Below are positions 48,159 to 58,555 of a stretch of 64,000 bases of DNA, in pieces; the first letter of the stretch is position 1; every line of letters starts with the position of its first letter. Location of the stretch: assembly GCA_020059585.1 (NCBI GenBank), contig JAGVBU010000008.1:22163-86162 (forward strand), given 5' to 3'. The position numbers were made by a program, and so were the translations under genes. The notes under the pieces were generated by a model. It ran no database searches and was not told where the DNA came from. It saw only the letters and a list, made by a program, of their open reading frames with translations. Source of the stretch: Minisyncoccota bacterium. GTDB lineage: Bacteria > Patescibacteriota > Minisyncoccia > UBA6257 > GWB1-50-10.

Positions 48159-48677
48159 ATGAAAACCTATCAAAAAATACTCATTGCGGCATTTCTCTCG
48201 CTTATATTTCTTATGCCGTATAAAACAGACGCAATAGGTATTTTCACGCCGTTTGGGGGAAAAATTTTGACGTGGAGCCCCGTCGCCCCCGGATGCGCTC
48301 CATTTACCACGGCGGTATGCGTTGCCACACTCGGTACGATCTGTCCCACCGTTGAGGAACTCATCATCGCGCCTCCGAAGGGGGGTACGTTCGGAATATT
48401 GCGCGTCGACGGGATGACAATACCCGGACTCACCACAATATACGAAAAATACCTGTATCAGACGCCAGCCATCACCGTTCTCGGGAAATCAATAAATATA
48501 TGCAATATGTGCGATAACCTCTCCGGTATACCAGGGATAGGATCGATCACTGATGTAGTGTGCGACATTCCCGCGGTAAGCGATATCGTGGACACGCTCT
48601 GTGACTTTGTGGGGAGCGCGTGTCCCGTCGGGAACCTCATTTATAAAATGGGAACAAGTGGGGTGCCTTCATTGTAG
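48159..48677 (+). CDS. Secreted Cys-rich hypothetical protein
   Basis: Signal peptide, PFGGKI motif, eight Cys. Confidence 0.65.
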   Translation: MKTYQKILIAAFLSLIFLMPYKTDAIGIFTPFGGKILTWSPVAPGCAPFTTAVCVATLGTICPTVEELIIAPPKGGTFGILRVDGMTIPGLTTIYEKYLYQTPAITVLGKSINICNMCDNLSGIPGIGSITDVVCDIPAVSDIVDTLCDFVGSACPVGNLIYKMGTSGVPSL

Positions 48678-48792
48678 GGTTCTCCGTGCGTGCTGTGTTA
48701 CCCTGTAACGCGTTATGTTGTATAATAAAAAGAGTATCACGCAAGTAAAATAGCGGGAATTCTTGTGAGTGCCGCTTTTTATCTCAACACAC

Positions 48793-49581
48793 ATGACACT
48801 TTCATCAAAAAGCAAAAAACTCACCGCGGCCGTAATTGTGGGCGCGGGAATCATCGGAACATACCTCATACTCTCCTCCGAACGTGCTAATGGAAACGTC
48901 TTTTTTGACGTGGATTTCAAAAAAAACAGCGACGCGGCTCTCGGATTTCAAAAAGGAGATGTTGTTCCGAATAATCCGAATAACACATTTGATCCAAACA
49001 ACCTTACGGACGTATTTCTCAGTAAATACGCGGCCGAGATATTAAAGAAGAACCCCCAAGGACCCCTCGATCTAGAAGGTCAGAGAAAGATAACAATCCC
49101 ATCACAGGAATCGCTCGAAAAAATAATTCAAGAGGAGATGGAACAGGGAGTCGCGATACAAGAAGTCACCTCGCGGGAAATAAAACACACCACCGACGAT
49201 TCTCCGGCGGCAGCGCTTTCATACATACAAAGCATCATCTCAGCGAATGAGCGTATGTCAAAGAAAACAAACAACAACCTTGGGGAGGTGGCGTATTTAT
49301 GGCTTGAAAAAAACAATGCCGATCCCATCACAAAACAGATGGACGCGCTTTCGGTGCTCGTGTCTGATCTTCTCGCGGTGCCGGTACCTCCCTCATGGAA
49401 AGACGTTCATCTCTCCATGATCAACCTCCAGCAAAAAAAAATTACAGTGCTTCAGAGTATCTTTGATATTAACAGCGATCCCGTAAAAGCGCTTGCCGCG
49501 GCGCACATTATAGAAACACTCTCACTTGAAGAGCAGGATGTCGCGCGTATGATCCGGACAAAAGCACAAAAAATCCTCTAA
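48793..49581 (+). CDS. Hypothetical membrane-anchored protein in the T4SS-like locus
   Basis: N-terminal anchor, NLTD and VPPSWKDVHL motifs, helical; start uncertain. Confidence 0.7.
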   Translation: MTLSSKSKKLTAAVIVGAGIIGTYLILSSERANGNVFFDVDFKKNSDAALGFQKGDVVPNNPNNTFDPNNLTDVFLSKYAAEILKKNPQGPLDLEGQRKITIPSQESLEKIIQEEMEQGVAIQEVTSREIKHTTDDSPAAALSYIQSIISANERMSKKTNNNLGEVAYLWLEKNNADPITKQMDALSVLVSDLLAVPVPPSWKDVHLSMINLQQKKITVLQSIFDINSDPVKALAAAHIIETLSLEEQDVARMIRTKAQKIL

Positions 49582-49584
49582 ACG

Positions 49585-51276
49585 ATGAAAAATCCGTATC
49601 TCAAAATATTTACCTCTTTCTTTATATCGGTGTTTCTCGCAACGAACGTCTTTTTACTTATCCCTCCAAAGCCGGTTCAGGCACAGGGACTTGTCGCTGA
49701 TCTTGCGGAAGCGTGCGTGGGAGGACTCGTAAAAACTCTTCTTGGAGATGAAATTGCGGGAGCTCTGGAAGACGCGGTAGATTGGGCAAAGGGAGCGCTG
49801 GGGCTCAGCGTGCTGGATAATAAGGTCCCCACAGACGATTCAAAAACACAGGGACAGATAAAGCTCTCAACTATTGAGGTGTGTCTCACCGCGGTGAAAG
49901 AAATTGCGATCCGTATCGCGCGGGCAATTTTGAAGAAGCAGCTTCTCGATCAGATTGTTGATCAGACTATCCAATGGATACAGGACGGCACTCAGCCGAA
50001 ATTCGTAGGTAACTTCGGGGAATTCTTCAACGATGCAGTTGATGCGGGAATAGGAGAAACAATACGAGAGATAGGACTCGGAGAATTTTGCGACGGACCC
50101 GTAAAGGCGAAAATACAGATAAACCTCACGAAGCCGGCGCGATTTTATGAACGCGCATCCTGTACTCTGAGCGATGTGGTGGGAAACATAGAGGCATTCA
50201 AGGAAAATTTCAAAAACGGATCATGGATAGGGATTCAGGAGGCGGTAAGTCCCCAAAACAACAGACACGGCATATATCTCCTCGCGATGGAAAAAATGCT
50301 TGAGGAGACCGAGAAAGAGGATAAGGCGGCGCAGGCCGAAATCGTAGGAAGCGGGGGATTCAACGCGCAAAAAACATGCGTGCTCTGGGTGCTTACCGAT
50401 ATCAATAAACGATATCTCGCTGACACAAGCGGAAGTCTTATATATGACTACACTGAGAAAAGCATCAATGATCCGCCGCCACCGCCCGCAAACGCGCCAG
50501 CAGGAAGTACGTTTATCTGCGATCCTATGGGAGAGGTTGTTGTCACGCCCGCAAAAACAATCGGTGATTCCGTATCGAAAGCGGTGACTTCTGATATCGA
50601 CTACATATTGAATGCCGAGGATCTCGAAACGTACGCGAGCGCGATTCTTGATGCCGCGATAAACCGTCTCACGAAAGATGCGGTAACAGGAATCAGAAAT
50701 CTCGGCACCACATCACAATCAGATCACCAACAAAACATAACTAATGCGTCTGGTGAATATAATAATGCGATGAGCGGGCAGAGTCTCGCGGCAGGAATTG
50801 AGGCGGGAGTGCGCGGACAAATTACAGCTCAAGCGAACGGGCTCTCGGGAGGACTCGATCAGGCATCCTCAACTCTCGACGCGATTGCGATCGCGAACGA
50901 AGCGCTTATAAAGGTTCTTGATAATTCAGGGACTCCGCGCGGACTCACTCAATGTATAGCAACCAACGCACAATTCGTGATAACCCCCTCTACATTCTCT
51001 CCGAATGCGGTGCTCTCCGACGCGCTTTCAAGGAAAAACACGTGGATTCCTCAGGAAATACAGAACCTTGCGCAGGCGCGGCAATCAACGGCTCAACTCA
51101 TATCAAATCTCGGCGGAAATTCAATGACGGTGAATATACTTTCCCAGATACTGCAGGGATTACAGGAAACGGTAACTGAGAAAAACGCGGAATATCAATC
51201 CATACTCTCAGAGATTACCGCTGACACGGGCACGGCCACCACAAACAGGGACGCGTGCGGAGGCGGAGGAAATTAA
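49585..51276 (+). CDS. Hypothetical secreted protein of the T4SS-like locus
   Basis: Signal peptide, IQWIQDG.QPKFV, F.NGSW and TP motifs, helical C-terminus; directly upstream of the VirB6-like gene. Confidence 0.75.
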   Translation: MKNPYLKIFTSFFISVFLATNVFLLIPPKPVQAQGLVADLAEACVGGLVKTLLGDEIAGALEDAVDWAKGALGLSVLDNKVPTDDSKTQGQIKLSTIEVCLTAVKEIAIRIARAILKKQLLDQIVDQTIQWIQDGTQPKFVGNFGEFFNDAVDAGIGETIREIGLGEFCDGPVKAKIQINLTKPARFYERASCTLSDVVGNIEAFKENFKNGSWIGIQEAVSPQNNRHGIYLLAMEKMLEETEKEDKAAQAEIVGSGGFNAQKTCVLWVLTDINKRYLADTSGSLIYDYTEKSINDPPPPPANAPAGSTFICDPMGEVVVTPAKTIGDSVSKAVTSDIDYILNAEDLETYASAILDAAINRLTKDAVTGIRNLGTTSQSDHQQNITNASGEYNNAMSGQSLAAGIEAGVRGQITAQANGLSGGLDQASSTLDAIAIANEALIKVLDNSGTPRGLTQCIATNAQFVITPSTFSPNAVLSDALSRKNTWIPQEIQNLAQARQSTAQLISNLGGNSMTVNILSQILQGLQETVTEKNAEYQSILSEITADTGTATTNRDACGGGGN

Positions 51277-51289
51277 TTTTCAGAATCTG

Positions 51290-53449
51290 ATGAAATCGCA
51301 TATACAAAAAATACTCGGATCGGCGCTTACGCTTTTCTTTGCGTTTCTTGCGATCCCTTTCCCCGCTGACGCGCTCTTTTTCCTCGGACCGCTCGCCGTC
51401 GCGGCAATCGCGTACGCGGTACTCTATATCCTCCAATACATTGGCGCGATGTTCTTCAGTCTCGCGGGATATCTCGTTGGATTTTTCCTCGATTTCAATT
51501 ACCAGATACTCTCGCCGAATAATATGGTGGTTACGATTGGATGGGAGATCACACGTGACATCGCAAACCTCGGGTTCGTGCTTGTAATCATAATTATTGC
51601 GCTCGCAACCATCATCCGTTATCAGGATTACGGCGCGAAAAAACTTCTTCCCCGTCTCATCGGAGCCGCGCTCCTCGTAAATTTCAGTCTCTCTCTTGCG
51701 GGAGTGTTTATCGGGTTCTCTCACGTGATCACGCGCTATTTCTTTAACGCGGTTGCGGAGAAGGATAATATTGTCGATCTCGTAAAGACACTTTCTGGCG
51801 CGTTTGATCCGCAGGCGCTTTTTACCGAACCATCGGAACCAGAGCCTGTTGATCCCGATGAAGAAGCGGGAGGGCTTTCGGGATTCGGCACCGCGGTGCT
51901 TATGAACATCACGGGATTATTCTTCGTGGTAATTTTCACATTCATCGCATCGTTCGTGCTTCTCGCGTTCGCCCTTATGCTTCTTATCCGCTACGTCGCG
52001 CTCTCATTTCTTATGATCCTCGCTCCAATCGCGTGGCTTTTCTGGGTGATTCCCTCACTTGAAAGCCAATTCTCTAAATGGTGGAGCAGGTTTCTTAAAT
52101 GGGTATTTTTCGCCCCCGCCGTTTCCTTCTTCTTTTATCTCGCGCTGGTGAGCATTGGAAGAATGAAACAGGGTACGGGCGCCGTCACTCCCACTCAATT
52201 TTTCAAAAACGGATTTATATCGGCGATGATGCAGCAGGGCGCGCGCATGGCGATTCTTATCGGACTCCTCATTGGGGGACTTATGGTTGCCGACAGTATG
52301 GGCACCACGGGCGCCAAGGGCGCGATGAACCTCCTGAACAAAGGTGTGGATAAGAGCAAGAAATGGCTTGGAGCAAAGGCAAAGGAGGGCGCGACACGCG
52401 CCGCAACCGCGCCTCTCAGGACCGATACGGGAAGGAGTTTTGTAAACAAGCTTCAGACCCTCGGCAAGGATAGTAAATGGGGTGGTGCAGCCGCACCGTT
52501 ACGAATGATGGGATCAAGCCTTGCTGGTGTTACCGCAAAAGCGGAACAACAATACCAAACAACGAAGGCGAAGTTTGAAAAAATGAGTACGGAAAAAATT
52601 GCGGCGGGACACGCAAACGCAAACGACGAGGAACGCGCAGCAGGCGTTGACGTAATCGCGGAGAGAGGAAAGAAAATCGGAGACGCGCTTATTGACGCAG
52701 AAAAAGAGATTGAACGGTCCGTGAGAGCACTCGAAAAAGCGAAAGAAAGCGGCGATCAAAACTCTATAGTTGCCGCGGAAGAGCGTCTCGATAAGGCAAA
52801 CGAGAAGAAAGGAGCGGTTAAGAAGGAACAATATCAATACGAGGAAGCGCTCAAGAATCTCCCCGCAAATACTCGTGATGGAATTGGAAATATAGGACAA
52901 TATGTCTCCGACAAACAAAATAAAGTCCCCACAAAACAATTTGATATTGCTAACATTACAACGAAAGAGGATGGTGTCCTCTTCCGAAGAACAAAGAGGG
53001 GAGCACGGTACATCGCAACACGAAAAGCCCCCACCGAAGGAGAATTAAACGATGCGCGACAAGCAATACCTTCCGCCCAAAATAAACTGAACGCCTCTGT
53101 TGCGAATGCCGCAACAGCACGGACAAATCTTGCTGGATTTAGAACCGCAAGAACAACCGCAGAAGCAGATAAGAGAAATGCCCAGATAGAGCATGATAGA
53201 TTTGCAAACCAAAAAACATTCAATCAAGCGGATGAAAACGCGAGACTAAATAACCTCGCGGCGGCAAAAAGAAGATTAGATAATGCAACGCAACAAACAA
53301 AGGATATTGAAGAGGAGATAAAAGATACCGAGCAAAAGATACGTGAAGAAACAAAGGCTCGTGATGATCTTGCAAAAGCCCAGCAAAAACTACAAAATCT
53401 TGAACGCCAGAATCGAGAAGGATGGAGAAGAAAAGAGCACAAGCCATAA
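51290..53449 (+). CDS. TrbL/VirB6-like polytopic membrane protein with long coiled-coil tail
   Basis: GWEITRDIAN, LLVNFS, LIRYVAL..LMILAPIA....WW..FLKWVFFAP; charged C-terminal tail. Confidence 0.78.
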   Translation: MKSHIQKILGSALTLFFAFLAIPFPADALFFLGPLAVAAIAYAVLYILQYIGAMFFSLAGYLVGFFLDFNYQILSPNNMVVTIGWEITRDIANLGFVLVIIIIALATIIRYQDYGAKKLLPRLIGAALLVNFSLSLAGVFIGFSHVITRYFFNAVAEKDNIVDLVKTLSGAFDPQALFTEPSEPEPVDPDEEAGGLSGFGTAVLMNITGLFFVVIFTFIASFVLLAFALMLLIRYVALSFLMILAPIAWLFWVIPSLESQFSKWWSRFLKWVFFAPAVSFFFYLALVSIGRMKQGTGAVTPTQFFKNGFISAMMQQGARMAILIGLLIGGLMVADSMGTTGAKGAMNLLNKGVDKSKKWLGAKAKEGATRAATAPLRTDTGRSFVNKLQTLGKDSKWGGAAAPLRMMGSSLAGVTAKAEQQYQTTKAKFEKMSTEKIAAGHANANDEERAAGVDVIAERGKKIGDALIDAEKEIERSVRALEKAKESGDQNSIVAAEERLDKANEKKGAVKKEQYQYEEALKNLPANTRDGIGNIGQYVSDKQNKVPTKQFDIANITTKEDGVLFRRTKRGARYIATRKAPTEGELNDARQAIPSAQNKLNASVANAATARTNLAGFRTARTTAEADKRNAQIEHDRFANQKTFNQADENARLNNLAAAKRRLDNATQQTKDIEEEIKDTEQKIREETKARDDLAKAQQKLQNLERQNREGWRRKEHKP

Positions 53450-53458
53450 CACGCAACT

Positions 53459-55132
53459 ATGGATCAAAAAGACATATTAAACGCGTCACCGGAAAATCTT
53501 TTAACCTCTTTTCCTGTATGGGAAGAAAGCGTGTGGACCGCGCTTCAAAAAAAAGATTATGCGGAAGCGGCGGATAAACTTCAGGACACTCTAGAATATT
53601 TTACCGACGAGGGTCTCTCCCAAATACTATGGAAATCTCTTTTGGAGGGTATTCCTGCAGTTCGTGGCGCCCTTTCTTCTGATGAGTGGAATAGCGAAGT
53701 CCTTCCCTTTCTCGCACTTGCATTCATTAATTTTGCTGATGGACGCGCAATCGCCGATACATATCAAAGAACATCCCTTGAAATAATAAAAAAATTTCAC
53801 CCTCTTGTTGTAGATTCGATTCCCGGAGAAACTCCTGAAGAAAAAGTCGCGCTTCTTAAAACCTCCGCGTCATCAACGTACATCTATCTCACCGCAAGTC
53901 CCGCGCAGATTTTCGGACTCGGACTCTTTCCTATTCCCCAAAAACTCCCCTCGAATGAAAAAAAGAAGCCCGAGTATCAACTTGGATTTCTCTCGGAGAT
54001 ATTACGATATGGAATCTTCTCGTTCGACACCGCCCAAGATCTTTTTCTTATTGCTCAAAATAGAAAATTAGACGAAAAAAAGATGAGCGCGCTCGCGTAT
54101 GCGACGGGATCCGTACTCTTGGGAATTATAGCCCTCGATGATTTTTCCACCGCGCTGAAAGAAATAATTGATACACCTCCCGAAGAATGCGACTTCATCG
54201 CGAAAGAAATACGGGAAAAGATATTGGAGAAACACCGAAGGGAGATAAAGGAATTATTTGAAGGAACAAAAGAGGCCACAATCCCATCCGGAGAAACCGT
54301 CTCTCTGGAAGTGTTCGGATTTGACGGAGAAAAAGCAAAAGAAGCCGCTCCCGTGAAAATCACGCCGGAAAAAACGAGCGCGCCAGAAACGGCTCCTCTT
54401 GTGATACACAGAGAAAAACCGTCTCCTTTCGGATTTCAGAACGCGGGATCAAAACAATCATCCGGAAAAAGCTTTTCGCTTCCTTTTGGTTTTTTCAAAT
54501 CCAAATCGGATAATGCTTCTCCGAATCCGGTGCGCGCCACGATAGAGCTTCCAAAAATCCTCAAGCCGGAGGAAAAGAAAACTATTCATTATAGTGAACT
54601 CAGAACTCCCATTACTCCGTTTCAAAAAGAAAAGGCATTTATCAGTACCGACACGGAAAAGAGCGGGAAGGGTGATGATCAGAAAAAAACACCCGCGGAT
54701 ATCATACAGAAAAAAGAGGATAACGCGCTTAATCTTTCTTTAGTAGACACGAAAAAAGATCTTCAAAAAGAGAGGGCTCGCGTGAAAGAGGTGTTTTCCT
54801 CTATTTCTGCCGGTTCCGCGTCCTCGCAGAAAAACATTATAAAAGAAGATACCCGTCCGACGGCTATTTTGAAAAAAGAATATACTCTTATAAACAAATC
54901 TCCGGAAAAAATACCCCCATCTTCTAATATATCCTCCGATACCCCCCTTAAGAAACAGGTTCAGGCAGATTTGAAAAACGTCAGCGCAAAAACCCCGCAA
55001 GAAAAACCCCAACTCACCGGAAAGGGATTCTTTTGGGGGTTTCCAAAAAAGAAACCCGCCGAAGCACCCGCCGTTAAAAGACCCGAAACAGGTCCGGAAA
55101 TCGAGGGAAATAAACTTAATCTCAAAAAATAA
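53459..55132 (+). CDS. Hypothetical protein with folded N-terminus and low-complexity K/P/S-rich C-terminus
   Basis: 557-aa ORF within the cluster. Confidence 0.7.
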   Translation: MDQKDILNASPENLLTSFPVWEESVWTALQKKDYAEAADKLQDTLEYFTDEGLSQILWKSLLEGIPAVRGALSSDEWNSEVLPFLALAFINFADGRAIADTYQRTSLEIIKKFHPLVVDSIPGETPEEKVALLKTSASSTYIYLTASPAQIFGLGLFPIPQKLPSNEKKKPEYQLGFLSEILRYGIFSFDTAQDLFLIAQNRKLDEKKMSALAYATGSVLLGIIALDDFSTALKEIIDTPPEECDFIAKEIREKILEKHRREIKELFEGTKEATIPSGETVSLEVFGFDGEKAKEAAPVKITPEKTSAPETAPLVIHREKPSPFGFQNAGSKQSSGKSFSLPFGFFKSKSDNASPNPVRATIELPKILKPEEKKTIHYSELRTPITPFQKEKAFISTDTEKSGKGDDQKKTPADIIQKKEDNALNLSLVDTKKDLQKERARVKEVFSSISAGSASSQKNIIKEDTRPTAILKKEYTLINKSPEKIPPSSNISSDTPLKKQVQADLKNVSAKTPQEKPQLTGKGFFWGFPKKKPAEAPAVKRPETGPEIEGNKLNLKK

Positions 55133-55203
55133 GGGGAAATTGTGAGAATCAGCGAACGGCGATATACTAAAGATGATATATTGCCGTTTTTTTTCATACC
55201 ATT

Positions 55204-55704
55204 ATGGCAACCTTTCAAGTTCCCCAATTTATAGATCAGAAACCGAAAATCGTAGGTCCCCTTACGCTCCAGCAATTTGCGTTTGTCGGAAGCGCGGCGC
55301 TTCTCAGTTTTATCTTCTATTACACATTTGATACGTTTCTCTGGATATTTTTTTCCATTGTTCTTGGATCAATCGCCCTCCTCCTCGCGTTCGGAAAAGT
55401 GAACGGGCAGGAGGCAACCATCGTCCTGAAATCCCTTTTTAAATTTCTTCTTGAGCCCAGGCTTTTTCTTTGGGAAAAAAACTTCTCCGAGAAAAAAAAG
55501 GAAGAGTCAGCGGAAAGTATCGCATCGGTCAGAAACACAATGAGCATCCAGCAGAAACTCAAATCGATAACACTGAACATAACGACGGGGAAGGCGTTTT
55601 CACCAAAAATATCCCAAGAAACGCAGAAAAAGGAGGGCTTCCAAGTGGCTACATTTTCCACCGGAGAGAAAAAATTTGTAAAAAAAGTCGACTACAGCGA
55701 ATAG
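55204..55704 (+). CDS. PrgI family (VirB3-like) protein
   Basis: FQVPQFIDQKPKIVGPLTLQQF, two transmembrane segments, P.LFLW. Confidence 0.88.
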   Translation: MATFQVPQFIDQKPKIVGPLTLQQFAFVGSAALLSFIFYYTFDTFLWIFFSIVLGSIALLLAFGKVNGQEATIVLKSLFKFLLEPRLFLWEKNFSEKKKEESAESIASVRNTMSIQQKLKSITLNITTGKAFSPKISQETQKKEGFQVATFSTGEKKFVKKVDYSE

Positions 55705-55746
55705 GAATTCTTCGCATAACAAAAAGGAATCGATTACAATATCAAT

Positions 55747-56400
55747 ATGCCACCAAAGAGCCAACCAGACGCAAAGCCATCACAAGAATTTGTTGCGGTG
55801 AAGAAAATACACGATGGCGTTCTCTACCTGAAAAAGGGTGGAATTTGCCGCGTACTTATTGTAAGCGGGATTAATTTTGATCTGAAATCAGAAGCGGAAC
55901 AAAATATGATACTTTCAAGTTTTCAAAATTTCCTCAACACCCTTGACTTCTCCGTCCAATTTTTCATCCACTCAAGAAAAGTAAATATTGAAGAATACAT
56001 GGAGAAAATGAAAGAACGGAAAGAGCAGGAAACAAATGAGCTCCTAAAAATACAAATCGAAGAATACATGAATTTTATACAATCCTTCGTTGATCAAAAT
56101 GATATTGTGACAAAATCCTTTTTCATTGTGGTGCCCTATGAATCAGTACACGTCGTCAATCAAGCACGGGGAGTATTGTCCCTCTTCAAAAAATCAGCCC
56201 CCCAATCCACGGAAACTATCGCCCAAGAGGATATACAACAATTAAACCATCGGGTGGATCAGGTAACCCTAGGACTCGAGCAAATAGGTCTCCGCGTAGC
56301 CCCTCTCGAAGACGATGAGCTTCTCGAGTTGTTCTACAACCTTTACAATCCTCGCCTCGTCGAAAAAAAAGGACTTGAGTTGTCACATAAAGAAAAATAA
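55747..56400 (+). CDS. VirB4/TraC-associated protein
   Basis: VSGINFDLKSEAEQ..I..FQNFLNTLDFSVQ, FFIVVP, ELFYNLYNP; lies between PrgI and VirB4. Confidence 0.8.
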   Translation: MPPKSQPDAKPSQEFVAVKKIHDGVLYLKKGGICRVLIVSGINFDLKSEAEQNMILSSFQNFLNTLDFSVQFFIHSRKVNIEEYMEKMKERKEQETNELLKIQIEEYMNFIQSFVDQNDIVTKSFFIVVPYESVHVVNQARGVLSLFKKSAPQSTETIAQEDIQQLNHRVDQVTLGLEQIGLRVAPLEDDELLELFYNLYNPRLVEKKGLELSHKEK

Positions 56401-56404
56401 CACC

Positions 56405-58147
56405 ATGCCCACACCATATACCCCCTCGTCAGAAGATCTTCCAAATATTATCGCTCCCGCGGGAATAGAGGTAAATTCCAATTATCTTAAAATAGGGGAT
56501 TATTACGCTAAAACATTTTTCATATTCACATATCCGCGATACATCTCAAGCGGATGGTTCTCTCCCATACTTAATCTTTCCGAAATGATGGATATCTCCA
56601 TTTTTATGCATCCAATGGATACCGCGCTGACACTCCGCAATCTCACAAAGAAAGTTGCTCAAATAGAGGCGGAAATGAATGAAAAACAGGACAAAGGAAT
56701 TGTCCGCGATCCAGTGCTTCAGACCGCGCATGAAGACGTCGAGTCACTTCGCGACGCGATTCAACAGGCACGGGAGAAGTTATTTCAGGTTGGAGTATAT
56801 ATCACTATATACGGAGCCGATATAAAGAAGTTGGAACAACTCCAGAATAAAGTTGAATCAATGCTTGAAAGTAAGCTTGTTTATATAAAACCAGCGCTTT
56901 TCAGGCAGATTGAGGGGATGAACACCACATTTCCTTTCGCGAAAGATGAGCTTTCCGTTCTCACCCCTCTCAATTCAGGTCCCGCATCGTCTCTTTTTCC
57001 CTTTATATCTCCCGATCTTTCTTCCGAAAAAGGCGTTCTTTTCGGGGTAAATATGCACAACAACAGCCTTATCATCTTTGATCGTTTTTCGCTTGAAAAC
57101 GCGAACTCAGTCATCTTTGCAAAATCAGGATCCGGAAAATCATATTCCACAAAATTACAAATACTCAGATCCCTTATGATGGGAACAAACGTTGTGGTGT
57201 TGGATCCTGAAAATGAATACAAAAACCTTGCGGATGCGATTGGGGGAAGTTATTTCAAAATATCACTCACATCGGAAAGTCATGTGAATCCATTCGATAT
57301 TCCTGTTATTCCAGAGGGTGAGGATCCCGCTGACGTATTTAAATCGCACGTATTAAATCTTGCTGGACTTCTTAAATTAATGTTCGGAGAAATCACTGCG
57401 GAAGAAGAATCTATTATCGATCGTGTGCTTATAGAAACCTACGCGTCACGTGATATTACCGCCGAAAATTTCGGAGCAACGAGGGAATTAAATCCTCCAC
57501 TCCTCGAAGACCTTCAGGTGGTACTCGAAAACACCGAGGGAGGATCAGCGCTCGCGAAACGCCTTGAAAAATATACCCGCGGATCATATGCGGGATTCAC
57601 AAACGTCCCCACGAACGTTGATATTAAAAACAGACTTATCGTGTTCTCGATCCGCGATCTCGAAGAGGAGCTCCGCCCCATCGCGATGTATATTATCTTG
57701 AACTTCGTGTGGAATCTCATTCGTTCAGAATTAAAACAGCGTATTCTCGTCATTGATGAGGCGTGGATAATGATGAAAAACAAAGACAGCGCGTCATTTC
57801 TCTTTGGACTCGTAAAAAGAGCACGGAAATATTATCTCGGCGTGACGTGTATTACGCAGGACGTGGAGGATTTCCTCAAATCAGAATACGGGAAGCCTAT
57901 TATAACAAATTCCTCAATGCAGATTCTCCTCAAACAATCGCCGACAAGTATTGATTCTGTAGGAAAAACCTTCAATCTCACCGAAGGGGAGAAGGCTTTT
58001 CTCCTTGAGTGCAGCGTTGGAGAAGGATTGTTTTTTGCGGGAATGAAACATGTTGCGATAAAAATAATTCCCTCATACACCGAAGACCAGATTATCACCA
58101 CCAATCCGGAACAGATGCTTGCGATAAAAGGCCTCACTCAGCGATAG
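56405..58147 (+). CDS. VirB4-like type IV secretion ATPase
   Basis: FDRFSLENAN, Walker A AKSGSGKS, LDPENEY, Walker B LVIDEAW, RARKY, ITQDVEDF. Confidence 0.92.
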   Translation: MPTPYTPSSEDLPNIIAPAGIEVNSNYLKIGDYYAKTFFIFTYPRYISSGWFSPILNLSEMMDISIFMHPMDTALTLRNLTKKVAQIEAEMNEKQDKGIVRDPVLQTAHEDVESLRDAIQQAREKLFQVGVYITIYGADIKKLEQLQNKVESMLESKLVYIKPALFRQIEGMNTTFPFAKDELSVLTPLNSGPASSLFPFISPDLSSEKGVLFGVNMHNNSLIIFDRFSLENANSVIFAKSGSGKSYSTKLQILRSLMMGTNVVVLDPENEYKNLADAIGGSYFKISLTSESHVNPFDIPVIPEGEDPADVFKSHVLNLAGLLKLMFGEITAEEESIIDRVLIETYASRDITAENFGATRELNPPLLEDLQVVLENTEGGSALAKRLEKYTRGSYAGFTNVPTNVDIKNRLIVFSIRDLEEELRPIAMYIILNFVWNLIRSELKQRILVIDEAWIMMKNKDSASFLFGLVKRARKYYLGVTCITQDVEDFLKSEYGKPIITNSSMQILLKQSPTSIDSVGKTFNLTEGEKAFLLECSVGEGLFFAGMKHVAIKIIPSYTEDQIITTNPEQMLAIKGLTQR

Positions 58148-58153
58148 CACCAC

Positions 58154-58540
58154 ATGGAAGACAAGGGAAACAATCGCGTTGAAACACCTCGAAACGAGGA
58201 ACGGAATGATGTCACTGAAGCGGAAGCTATTGTGTGGCTCTCATTCCTTATCGGATTCGACGGAATATGCATTTTACTCGATCTCACGGGAGTCGGGATG
58301 GGTATTGCCCCATTCCTTCAGGGATTCGGCACGTTTTCTTCGGGTATGTGGTTCGAAAAAACAAAAGGAGACAAGAACGCGATGAAAATGCAGAGACAGC
58401 TTATAAAATACATCTCAAATGTCGCGCCATTCCTTCCTACACTCTCGATTGCGTTTGCGATTGAAGCGTATATGCACAACCATCCGGAAAAATTCGAGAA
58501 GATAGAGAAGGCCTTAAACACGAAAACTCCCTCGAAATAG
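58154..58540 (+). CDS. Hypothetical membrane protein
   Basis: Hydrophobic segments; 6 nt after the VirB4 stop. Confidence 0.65.
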   Translation: MEDKGNNRVETPRNEERNDVTEAEAIVWLSFLIGFDGICILLDLTGVGMGIAPFLQGFGTFSSGMWFEKTKGDKNAMKMQRQLIKYISNVAPFLPTLSIAFAIEAYMHNHPEKFEKIEKALNTKTPSK

Positions 58541-58555
58541 TGTATAATAAATGGA

